DNA of 59,448 nucleotides from positions 1-59,448 of the forward strand of contig JBEKED010000001.1 of the NCBI GenBank assembly GCA_050014035.1, read 5' to 3'. This stretch comes from Terriglobales bacterium. Lineage in GTDB: Bacteria; Acidobacteriota; Terriglobia; Terriglobales; Acidobacteriaceae. The position numbers and the translations under genes are program-made. Positions 47,731 through 55,816 of the stretch are shown here, one piece after another; the first letter of the stretch is position 1; the number at the start of each line of letters is the position of its first letter. The notes below the pieces were generated by a model. It searched no databases, was not told the origin of the DNA, and saw only the letters and a list, made by a program, of their open reading frames with translations.

Positions 47731-48282
47731 TCAGATTCCAATGCTCTTCCGCAGCATCACCAGTTGTCCAAGGTGATAAGCATTGTGGTCAGCCACCAGC
47801 AGCGCCTCGCGCAAAACTGTCTGTCCATCGCCCCACGGGATCCGGGTGTAGAGATCGACTTTGCGGTCGGAGACGAGCCGCTCCATCACCTGCAGATCTT
47901 TCCTGAAAGCGGCCATACTCGCGGTCCAAACCTTCTCATTCGAGGGTGCTTCCGATGCCGGCCAGTAGCCTTCGGGCCATTTCGGAGAAACATGCTTCGA
48001 GTTGCGGCTGAACTCCAGGATGTCCAACTGCGCGAGGCGCATGTGTTCCAGCAGCATCCAGGCGGTATGAGGAAAGTTCGCAACTTTGACTCCGGCGAGT
48101 TGCACGGGCCAGTCACCCATGGCATCGTCGAAGCTAGCGTGCGCTCCGCCCCCTTGCAGCAGGTAAAGCACGTGCTCGCGTAGCGATTGATCGAGGGATG
48201 CCGGTCGCGACCCAGCTTTCTTATTAGATGCAGACTTGGTTGACGTTTTCCTGGTTCTCGCTTTCGTGTTTTTCTTCGCCAT
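47731..48282 (-). CDS. DinB-family protein with a basic N-terminal tail
   Basis: I set the start at MAKKNTKARTRK (48282), which removes the overlap with the upstream gene. The C-terminus ADHNAYHLGQLVMLRK is DinB-like. Confidence 0.7.
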   Translation of the reverse strand: MAKKNTKARTRKTSTKSASNKKAGSRPASLDQSLREHVLYLLQGGGAHASFDDAMGDWPVQLAGVKVANFPHTAWMLLEHMRLAQLDILEFSRNSKHVSPKWPEGYWPASEAPSNEKVWTASMAAFRKDLQVMERLVSDRKVDLYTRIPWGDGQTVLREALLVADHNAYHLGQLVMLRKSIGI

Positions 48283-48379
48283 AGTGATCCCATTGTATGA
48301 AGGCTGGTGTCGACAGGAGAAGCCCAAACCTCTTTGGTCGTTCGTCGATGGTCTTTGGCGAACGATTGCTAGCGAACGA

Positions 48380-49600
48380 CTAACGACCATCGACGAACGA
48401 CTGATCCGGCGCCTCTCCTTTGTAAACTCGTCCGATTCCGCGCACCAGGCGGCGCATCGGCAGCTCTCCCCTGGCATCGCCAAAGAAAATTTCGCCCGTC
48501 CTCGTTCCGCGATAGCACCAGCGCCTTAGGATCGCGAGGTGCTCCATGCGCTCCATCGCGGCACTCGGCTTGGCTGCGGGAAATGCCGTCAGGGCGGCTT
48601 CGATGCGGGCTTCCATCGATTGCGATTTCGTGTGCTCCGATCCTGAGATGGGAAATTCCAGCGGCCCCGCGATTGCGCCCGCGTCAACGCGGAATAATGC
48701 GACGCTCTCAGGCTGCCTGGATTTTTGCTCGGACTTTTGCACGGATTTTTGCACGATCACGGCGTGCAACTGGTCAATCCGATGGACGAATTCAGGCAAC
48801 TGCTGCAAAACCGGAGTGAGTTTATCGAGCCGCGCATGAATAGCCGCGGCCGTCTCGAATTCCATTTTCGCGGAGGCGCTGTCGCGCTCGGCCGACATTT
48901 GTCGCTTTAGCGATTCCCCGCGCGAGTCCAGAAAATCCTCGACCCGCACTACTTCGGCGCGGTACTCCTCGTCGGTACAACCGCGAAAGCAGGGCGCCAG
49001 ACACATCTTCATCTCGGAATAAACGCAGCCTGGAAATTTCGGGTCAGGATGGAGGTCTTCCACGCATCGTCGCATTTTGAAAAAATCGAGCGCGTCGTTC
49101 ATGAACTTTTCCGCCGCCACCCGCGAAGCAAACGGCCCGTAGTAAACGTTTGTCCCTGGAAGCCGCTTTCCAGAAATCCGTCCCAACCGCGTGGTGATCG
49201 AAGCACGGGGATATTCGTTTTCCAGATGAAGCTTGACCAAAGGAGCAAAGCGCAGCCGCAGGCGATTCGCGTAGGTTTTGGGAAAAGCAGTGCGCAGGAC
49301 TTGATAAAGGACGAATCCAGATTCGAAGTCGGAGCCGGTTAACGTGTATTCGATCCCGTGAACTCGATGGCGCAGATTGAGGCGTTTGGTGCGCTCTTCC
49401 GGCGTGGAAAGCAGTCGCTGCAGCCGCCGCCGCAGGTTAGCAGTCTTGCTGATATAAGGCTCGGAATTCGTATCCTCGCCGCGCAGAGCAAACACAGCCG
49501 GGGCAGCGGCCACAGCGGAGAAGACCTCAGCGTCAGCTTCCGGCCGGAACTCGATGCGTTCGGTCAGCACTTGGAGATTGTAGTGGAGGTCAGACCTCAA
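48380..49600 (-). CDS. UvrC N-terminal-like (Cho-like) protein: degenerate GIY-YIG, Cys-rich and UVR motifs
   Basis: PAVFALRGEDTNSEPYISKTANLRRRL parallels the UvrC GIY-YIG region. CVYSEMKMCLAPCFRGC and the UVR-like MEFETAAAIHARLDKL are also present. No C-terminal EndoV-like or HhH region is recognisable. The TTG start overlaps the upstream stop (TTGA), so the start is uncertain. Confidence 0.65.
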   Translation of the reverse strand: MRSDLHYNLQVLTERIEFRPEADAEVFSAVAAAPAVFALRGEDTNSEPYISKTANLRRRLQRLLSTPEERTKRLNLRHRVHGIEYTLTGSDFESGFVLYQVLRTAFPKTYANRLRLRFAPLVKLHLENEYPRASITTRLGRISGKRLPGTNVYYGPFASRVAAEKFMNDALDFFKMRRCVEDLHPDPKFPGCVYSEMKMCLAPCFRGCTDEEYRAEVVRVEDFLDSRGESLKRQMSAERDSASAKMEFETAAAIHARLDKLTPVLQQLPEFVHRIDQLHAVIVQKSVQKSEQKSRQPESVALFRVDAGAIAGPLEFPISGSEHTKSQSMEARIEAALTAFPAAKPSAAMERMEHLAILRRWCYRGTRTGEIFFGDARGELPMRRLVRGIGRVYKGEAPDQSFVDGR

Positions 49601-50367
49601 CCGAAGCTAGCACTCTTAAACTTTTGCCGGAAGTCCGGTCCGTCCATCTTCACGATGCGGCACATCTCGTGCAATCGGGAGCGCATACGCTCTCCGATTC
49701 GGTCGCCGAGCGTTTCTTCGCGAGCCGCCGCTCGCGCCGGCGAAAGCGACCGAGCCACACCAGCGGCCGGCTCGTCCGCGAAATTTGTCGTGATGATGGT
49801 GGTTCGATTGTCGTTATAGCGAGTATTGAGGATCAGGCTAACCGTATCCCACACCCACTCGCTCGGTTTCACGGCGCCGAGTTCATCAAGCAACAGGATG
49901 TCGGCTTCAAACACCGGCCGCAGCACCTGCAACTCGGTCGCCTGCACAGAATCGTTGTAGGAATTCTGAATCTGTTTCAGCAGTTCGCGATAGTCGCAAA
50001 AAAGGCAGGCGCTTCCTCGGGTGGCGATTAGTTCCTTCAAAATACCCACCGCGAGGTGAGTCTTTCCGGTTCCGATTCCACCGACCAGCAGCAACCCAGC
50101 GCCGTCTCGCGAATTAAACTCCTGCACGAAGCGCGATGCACTGATCTGGGCCAGCGCAATCGAGCAATCGGCTCCCGGGAAATCCGTGGTGAAATTCGAT
50201 AGCTCGCAGTGCTCGTATCTCTTCGGAATCCGCGCCGCTGCGGTCAAAGCGCCGCCGCGCGCTCGCAACTGGCAATCGCAGCGCGTGACGCCGCCGTCGG
50301 GCGTTCCGGAAACTGTCTTCCATCCCGAGCCCGCGCACAGCGGGCAAACTTCGGCTGCTGTTTTCAT
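49597..50367 (-). CDS. DnaC/IstB-like AAA+ ATPase with an N-terminal zinc finger
   Basis: I set the start at MKTAAEVCPLCAGSG...CDC. Walker A is LLLVGGIGTGKTHLA and Walker B is ILLLDELG; TIITTNF is also present. Confidence 0.8.
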   Translation of the reverse strand: MKTAAEVCPLCAGSGWKTVSGTPDGGVTRCDCQLRARGGALTAAARIPKRYEHCELSNFTTDFPGADCSIALAQISASRFVQEFNSRDGAGLLLVGGIGTGKTHLAVGILKELIATRGSACLFCDYRELLKQIQNSYNDSVQATELQVLRPVFEADILLLDELGAVKPSEWVWDTVSLILNTRYNDNRTTIITTNFADEPAAGVARSLSPARAAAREETLGDRIGERMRSRLHEMCRIVKMDGPDFRQKFKSASFG

Positions 50368-50727
50368 GATTGTGTACTTTGTCCTGTAAGTAGACTCTGC
50401 ACCCCAACCCCTCTGCGCCGCAACTCGAAAGCGTTTCCTCTCTGTGCACATCCTGTGGAGAGGAACGCTGGGTTGTGGAGAACAGTGTCGAAGCGAGGAA
50501 AAATTGCTCATCGCGAAATCAAACGAAGAGCGCTTGACACGATCAACTCCTTCTTCAATCGCTACCGGCGAAAATTCACTTGAGGTGTCAAAACCGGCAA
50601 CTGGCACGTGTTTCCCATTGACAATCCCGCCGCATGGGCGAAAATGGCCATCGCCGGTGCTTGCGCGTTGCGCTCTCCCTCCCCGGCCGATGCGCGGGAA
50701 CCGTAACGACTAGTGTCAGGAGAGAGC

Positions 50728-51009
50728 ATGAATAAAGCTGATCTGGTTGACCGCATCGCCGGAGCCTGTAATATTTCCAAGGCGCAGGCGACCACCGCGA
50801 TCGACACCACCGTGGACAGCGTCACTGCTGCCCTTAGAAAAGGGGACAGAGTAGCTTTGATTGGATTCGGCACGTTTTCCGTCTCGCAGCGCAAGGCCCG
50901 CAATGGCCGAAACCCGCAGACGGGTGCCACCATCAAAATAGCTGCTCGTAGAGTCGCCAAATTCACTCCCGGGAACGAACTCAAGAAAGTGGTCAATAAA
51001 GGTAAGTAA
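50728..51009 (+). CDS. hup: HU-family DNA-binding protein
   Basis: MNKADLVDRIA ... GFGTFSVSQRKARNGRNPQTG ... The SD AGGAGAG precedes ATG 50728. Confidence 0.95.
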   Translation: MNKADLVDRIAGACNISKAQATTAIDTTVDSVTAALRKGDRVALIGFGTFSVSQRKARNGRNPQTGATIKIAARRVAKFTPGNELKKVVNKGK

Positions 51010-51038
51010 GGGGCCCCGAAATCTTGGATACAGCGAGG

Positions 51039-51070
51039 CGGCAGGGGGTCGGTCCTGCCGTTTTGTTTTG
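51039..51070 (+). terminator. Rho-independent terminator of hup
   Basis: CGGCAGG-gggtcggt-CCTGCCG followed by TTTTGTTTTG. Confidence 0.85.
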
Positions 51071-51090
51071 GATGTATCGGCCGTTAGCTC

Positions 51091-51125
51091 ATTGCCAAGA
51101 GCACGAAGTCACCCGAAGGAAAACC
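51091..51125 (+). repeat. Triple-word element copy (word CACGAAG/CCCGAAG)
   Basis: CATTGCCAAGAGCACGAAGTCACCCGAAGGAAAACC. Confidence 0.5.
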
Positions 51126-51155
51126 AATTGTGAAGTGATCCGCCGCCCTCTAGCT

Positions 51156-51482
51156 GGTACCCCCTCCCCCCTCCTGCGACGGTCTTTTGGAATTAGAGAC
51201 TTAGTGGTCGGCTTTTTCCCATGTCTTTGAGGAATAATGACTTACATTAAGGTATTTATAAATCAATGACTTAGCTCGCTGATTTCATGGGGATCCGGCT
51301 GTTCTCTCTGTACAGGTAACCCCCACCCCCCTATGCCGATCTTTTGGAATCATGCCCTTAGCGGCTGGTTTCCTCCAGATCTTTGAGGAATAAGGACTTA
51401 GATGTAGGATATTTATAATCAATGACTTAGCTCGCTTGGTTCGGGTTGTTTCACGCCAAGTCTTTGAGAAATAAATACTTTA
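51156..51482 (+). repeat. Two ~159-bp tandem repeats plus a partial third, each with a C-rich tract and three ~22-nt motifs
   Basis: Unit 1 starts at 51156 (GGTACCCCCTCCCCCCTCC...). Unit 2 starts at 51315 (GGTAACCCCCACCCCCCCTA...). The motif TCTTTGAGGAATAAnGACTTAG and variants occur at 51183, 51224, 51253, 51340, 51380, 51410 and 51461. Confidence 0.8.
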
Positions 51483-51626
51483 TTTGCTAACGGCCGGGCG
51501 TTACCCAAGTTCAGTTGTCAAAGAACGGAATTTTTCTGGAGCAACATTTTGTTTGCTATCAATCTAGTTTAGCAGGCGGTGTCAATGAGGTTCCGCTCTT
51601 AGATAGGGGCTCAGTTCAGGAAAAGC

Positions 51627-51666
51627 TCCACCCACGAAGGACACGAAGTTGCACGAAGAAAAACAC
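51627..51666 (+). repeat. Triple-word element copy (word CACGAAG)
   Basis: TCCACCCACGAAGGACACGAAGTTGCACGAAGAAAAACAC. Confidence 0.6.
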
Positions 51667-51815
51667 TGGGCTCCAGAGCTTGGTGATAGTCGTGTACTTG
51701 CCGGTTCGTTGATTTCCGGCGGTCAATACTGGAACCGAGATACTACCGAGCCGATTGGTGGTGTCGCAGTTTTGAAAACTCAGCGAGGCGAGTTGGAGTT
51801 GCTGCCAGCAAAAAG

Positions 51816-51844
51816 CAGGTCCTTCGCTTCGCTCAGGATGACAA
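51816..51844 (-). repeat. Short repeat family C, copy 2
   Basis: Minus strand reads TTGTCATCCTGAGCGAAGCGAAGGACCTG. See 44471..44497. Confidence 0.65.
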
Positions 51845-51951
51845 TGGTTGGGGATTAGACAAAGTGACCGACTGCCGAGCCGAGTTGGCTTGCTGAATCG
51901 TTTCTAGCTCCTATAGAATCTAAGTTCTGAATTCGAGGTTTGGAAACTTAC

Positions 51952-52191
51952 ATGAAAGCAGCCATTCATCCGCATTACAGTGAAATCCGCGTGCATTGCG
52001 CCTGCGGGAATGCATTCGTCACCCGTTCCACCCACAAGGGCGACATCAGCGTGGAAATCTGCGCTGCCTGCCATCCATTCTTTACCGGCAAGCAGAAGCT
52101 TATGGATACCGCTGGCCGGGTGGAGCGCTTCCGCCGCAAGTATGCCAAGAGCGACGCGGGAAAAGCGGAAGCCGCAAAAAAGGCGCAGTAA
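51952..52191 (+). CDS. rpmE: 50S ribosomal protein L31 (Zn-ribbon type)
   Basis: [22 protein letters not shown]...[13 protein letters not shown]...GRVERF. The ATG at 51952 is preferred over the TTG at 51940. Confidence 0.95.
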   Translation: MKAAIHPHYSEIRVHCACGNAFVTRSTHKGDISVEICAACHPFFTGKQKLMDTAGRVERFRRKYAKSDAGKAEAAKKAQ

Positions 52192-52275
52192 GTTTCGCGC
52201 AGGCAGTAGGGCTCGCGCAGAAAAGTTCCGCGGCAACGGGATGGCCGGGCGAGGACGCCCCGGACATCCATTCCT

Positions 52276-52302
52276 GCCTCTCCTTGTGGGAGGCTTTTTT
52301 TT
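52276..52302 (+). terminator. Rho-independent terminator of rpmE
   Basis: GCCTCTCC-ttgt-GGGAGGC followed by TTTTTTTT. Confidence 0.8.
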
Positions 52303-52368
52303 GTGTTCTCCACCAAACCTACGCGCGCTGGCAGGTGAGCGGGCCAAGGCTTACAATACTGGAATTCC

Positions 52369-52845
52369 ATGTCTCCACAACCGGACGACCTGACGGGCAT
52401 GAAAGACGATATGACGGCCTTCATTGAAGGGCTGGGCATGCGGCGCTTTTCTGGCTACGTCGAGTGCGAAGAGGTTCCTAGCGTGCTATGGGACTCGGAG
52501 CAGAATCCAGACGGGTGGAAGGATTTCGTGGAGCTGGCCAAATCGACGGGCGCGGTCTTCCTGACCATGCACACCTGGGCGCTGAGCCGGGAAGAGTTAG
52601 ATCGCTTGTCGCAGCTCCTGGCCGACAGCGATTTCAGAACCGACGAGGATATCGAAGAAGGCCGCTGGCTGAAGGCCTACATCGGCAAAACCGGTTTCGT
52701 GCAGTTGGGATGGGCGTACCAGGGATGCGTCTTTGTCTTTGAAGCGGGCACGGAGTGGTACGAGCATTATCAACACCTGCGCGAACTGGCGGATGATGGC
52801 GGCGGATTCATGATCGATGAGCCGGATCAGGACGAAGAGCGGTAG
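52369..52845 (+). CDS. Acidic hypothetical protein (158 aa)
   Basis: ORF with plausible composition and a TACAAT box about 17 nt upstream of the ATG. I recognise no family. Confidence 0.55.
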   Translation: MSPQPDDLTGMKDDMTAFIEGLGMRRFSGYVECEEVPSVLWDSEQNPDGWKDFVELAKSTGAVFLTMHTWALSREELDRLSQLLADSDFRTDEDIEEGRWLKAYIGKTGFVQLGWAYQGCVFVFEAGTEWYEHYQHLRELADDGGGFMIDEPDQDEER

Positions 52846-52870
52846 GAGGGCTTCTGGCTGTATCTCTGGC

Positions 52871-52902
52871 TTACACCGATTCCATTACACCGATTCCATT
52901 AC
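52871..52902. repeat. 14-bp tandem direct repeat (2.3 units) spanning the HDOD gene stop codon
   Basis: TTACACCGATTCCA occurs at 52871-52884 and again at 52885-52898, followed by TTAC. Confidence 0.85.
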
Positions 52903-53742
52903 TTTGATCTCATTGGCGATCTCGGCGGCTAGATCTTTGGCTTCGCCCGGGAAACGCTTTCGCGCCCGCTCGGGAAACTCGGCGAGAATTTCGACGTAGG
53001 TGCGAGACGACAAGCAGCGGACCACCGCAAATTCAAGCGCATCCGCTAACTCGCAACTAGGGGGAAGCAATGAAGCCGTGCCTTGCAGGTGTACTTCTGG
53101 AGCGTGATGGCACGCCGTAATTTCGAGGAACGCCTCGGGAAGATTCCAGGCCGCTACCAACGAACGTCCCGCTTGGCAGTGATCGATTCCGCACAACTCG
53201 CGTTCGGTCTGCAAAAGATCCCGGGGATGGCCTGCCGCGCGCTCGATGACGAGAGCGTATTGCTCGCACATGACCGCGGCAAGAGCCACCCTGCCGATGT
53301 CATGCAGAATGCCCGCGGCGTAGGCGAATTCCTTGTCCAATGAGCTCCAGGTGGCGCTGCGCTCGGCGATGATGGCGCAGGCGACGCTGTGACGCCAGCA
53401 CGACTTCATGACCGGGCTGAACGAGTCCGTGAGATACGCCTTCAGGCCGACCGTGATGACCAATCGCCTCAGACGCTGAAAGCCCAGCAGCATGGATGCC
53501 TGAATCACGCTGGTAACATTCTTGGAGAACGCCACGAGGGGAGAGTTTGCGATCCTAAGAACTGCAGTCGAGAACGCCGGATCGGGGCGGATCAGATCAC
53601 AGAGCTCCAGCAAGGACGTGTCCGTACCTGACATAAGTTTCAACGCCTTCAAGGCGATCGCAGGGAAAGGCGGAACATTGTCCGGATCCCAGCGTAGTTC
53701 TGTCGGCTCGGCCGCTTTGGTTGTGCTCGTTGCCGGAGTCAT
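52885..53742 (-). CDS. HDOD domain protein
   Basis: PPFPAIALKALKLMSGTDTSLLELCDLIRPDPAFSTAVLRIANSP ... AGILHDIGRVAL. Confidence 0.85.
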   Translation of the reverse strand: MTPATSTTKAAEPTELRWDPDNVPPFPAIALKALKLMSGTDTSLLELCDLIRPDPAFSTAVLRIANSPLVAFSKNVTSVIQASMLLGFQRLRRLVITVGLKAYLTDSFSPVMKSCWRHSVACAIIAERSATWSSLDKEFAYAAGILHDIGRVALAAVMCEQYALVIERAAGHPRDLLQTERELCGIDHCQAGRSLVAAWNLPEAFLEITACHHAPEVHLQGTASLLPPSCELADALEFAVVRCLSSRTYVEILAEFPERARKRFPGEAKDLAAEIANEIKVMESV

Positions 53743-53891
53743 TGCATTTTCCTCGCTTTGTTTGCATCGGCAATCTCGGCTTATTCGTGAATTACGCTGG
53801 TATGCCTACCCCAGTGCTCGAACCGTCGAGGGGCATACTTCTGCGGCAACAGGGCGGTGCTGCTAATCTGGTTCCTTCCCGAAACCTTCGT

Positions 53892-55763
53892 ATGCGCTGG
53901 ATATCCAATCCGCTGAATTCTCCGAAAGCTATACTGCTGCGCGCGGCCTTGCAGGATTCCAAACTTAGGATCCATCCTTCTGCTGTGCCCGTGCTCGCCG
54001 ACCTGCTGGTGCAGCGCGGGATCGAAGAACCAGAGGCCGCTGCCCATTTTCTTTCGCCGGAATTGAGCGATCTCCACGACCCACTGCTGATGAACGGAAT
54101 GAAATCCGCGCTGGACCGGCTGGAGGCGGCGTTGGAGCGTAAAGAGAAGATCTTGATCTACGGCGACTATGACGTCGACGGCACCACCGCGATCGTCATT
54201 CTCAAGACAGCCATCGAGCTCTGCGGAGGTGCCGCTGATTTTCACGTCCCGCATCGCATCCGTGAAGGCTATGGCATGCGCGACGAGGTCATCGAACGCG
54301 CCGCGGCCGAGGGCGTGCGGCTGATTATCAGTGTGGATACCGGCATCCGCGCGATCGCTGCCGCCGAAACGGCGCGTCGCACGGGAGTGGATCTGATCGT
54401 CACCGATCATCACCTGCCGGGACCGACGGGGGTCCCGCAGGCGCTGGTGGTGGTGAATCCGAATCAGGACGGTTGCGATTATCCATGTAAGTATCTGTGC
54501 GGCGCGGGCGTGGCGTTCAAGTTGGCGCAGGGATTGATGCAGCGGCGGCTGGACGAGAAAGATCAGTCGCGGCTGCTGATGTCGTTCATGAAGGTGGTGG
54601 CGATTGCGACCATCGCCGATGCGGTTCCGTTGTTGGGCGAGAATCGCGTGTTCGCGAAGCTGGGATTACAGGGGCTTCGCCGTCCGGTGAATGTCGGGCT
54701 GAAGGCACTGCTTGAGGTTGCGCAGCTCGGCGACGGGCGAGCGCTGACGGCGACCGAAGTGGCCTTCCGCATCGCGCCGCGCCTGAACGCCGCCGGACGC
54801 ATGGACGTGGCTCGCGACGTGGTGGAGCTTTTTAACGAGAAAGACAGGGAGCGTGCCCGGACGATTGCGGGGCGGCTTGACCGACTGAACGCTGAGCGGC
54901 AGGAGGAAGAGCGGCGCATCATGGATAACATCGAGCGCCGTCTGGAAGAAGAGCCGGCGCTACGCGATGCATATTGCGTGGTGCTGGATGGTGAAGGCTG
55001 GCATCGCGGCGTGATTGGCATCACCGCATCTCGCGTGGTGGAACGCCACGGGCGGCCAACCCTGGTCATTTCGCGGGAGGGCGATGAGGCCCACGGCTCG
55101 GGACGATCGATCGCCGCGTTCCATCTGCTGCATGCTCTCGAGTCGTGCCCTGATCTATTTTCCCGCTACGGCGGACACGCGCACGCGGTTGGCTTCGCGC
55201 TGCCCAGCGCCAACGTGGAAAAACTGCGTGAGCATCTGGACGGCTACGCGCGGGCACGCCTTACCCTCGCTGATTTCGAACCTCAGTTGGAGTGCGACCG
55301 GGAACTGCCCCTTGGCGAAGTCACGCCCGAACTTTATCAAGCGTTGCTGTTGCTCGAACCTTTTGGGATGGAGAATCGCGAGCCGGTTTTCACCGCGGGC
55401 GCCGTGCGGCTGATGGCGCCGCCGCAAGCGGTCAAAGACAAGCACGTTCGGCTGCGAATTTCTCCAGCCACTAATAGCTCAGCGGCGCAAGACTTCACGC
55501 CTCGCTGTCATCCCGACGCGGCGGCGATTCCGAAGCGAAACGGCTTGGTGGCGGAACAGAGCCCCTTTACCACACAAGCCTCACCTTCGTGGCGCGACAA
55601 CATCGCGTTCCAAGCCATGGGATGGAGCCTCAAGGAATCCTGCGACCGCCTGCAGTTGCTGGCCGGTGATCGGCTGGACATCGCCTATTCGCTCGGTATG
55701 AACGACCATCCTGAGTTCGGCGGATTGGAGTTGACCTTGCGCGACGTGTTGCGCAGCAATTGA
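53892..55763 (+). CDS. recJ: Single-stranded-DNA-specific exonuclease RecJ
   Basis: DHH motifs are present: ILIYGDYDVDGTTA, ISVDTGI, LIVTDHH, GAGVAFKL. I chose the start at MRWISNP (53892) by the N-terminal length expected for RecJ. The ATG at 53802 is also possible. Confidence 0.9.
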   Translation: MRWISNPLNSPKAILLRAALQDSKLRIHPSAVPVLADLLVQRGIEEPEAAAHFLSPELSDLHDPLLMNGMKSALDRLEAALERKEKILIYGDYDVDGTTAIVILKTAIELCGGAADFHVPHRIREGYGMRDEVIERAAAEGVRLIISVDTGIRAIAAAETARRTGVDLIVTDHHLPGPTGVPQALVVVNPNQDGCDYPCKYLCGAGVAFKLAQGLMQRRLDEKDQSRLLMSFMKVVAIATIADAVPLLGENRVFAKLGLQGLRRPVNVGLKALLEVAQLGDGRALTATEVAFRIAPRLNAAGRMDVARDVVELFNEKDRERARTIAGRLDRLNAERQEEERRIMDNIERRLEEEPALRDAYCVVLDGEGWHRGVIGITASRVVERHGRPTLVISREGDEAHGSGRSIAAFHLLHALESCPDLFSRYGGHAHAVGFALPSANVEKLREHLDGYARARLTLADFEPQLECDRELPLGEVTPELYQALLLLEPFGMENREPVFTAGAVRLMAPPQAVKDKHVRLRISPATNSSAAQDFTPRCHPDAAAIPKRNGLVAEQSPFTTQASPSWRDNIAFQAMGWSLKESCDRLQLLAGDRLDIAYSLGMNDHPEFGGLELTLRDVLRSN

Positions 55764-55816
55764 GCGACGGTAGTGTCTCAGTTTCAGGTACCCACTAGGT
55801 TATAATCTCGCCACCA

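Noticed and set aside
51156-51482. Possible CRISPR array in the repeat-rich ORF-free region.
   Set aside because: The repeats are ~159-bp diverged tandem units with internal ~22-nt motifs at irregular spacing (29-87 nt). They are not short identical repeats separated by unique spacers of constant length. No cas genes are nearby.
52871-52902. 14-bp tandem repeat at the HDOD gene stop as a slipped-strand phase-variation switch.
   Set aside because: The stop codon TAA is regenerated at the start of every unit (GTAATGGAATCGGT|GTAA). Gain or loss of units therefore leaves the encoded C-terminus (…KVMESV-stop) unchanged. No regulatory consequence is evident.
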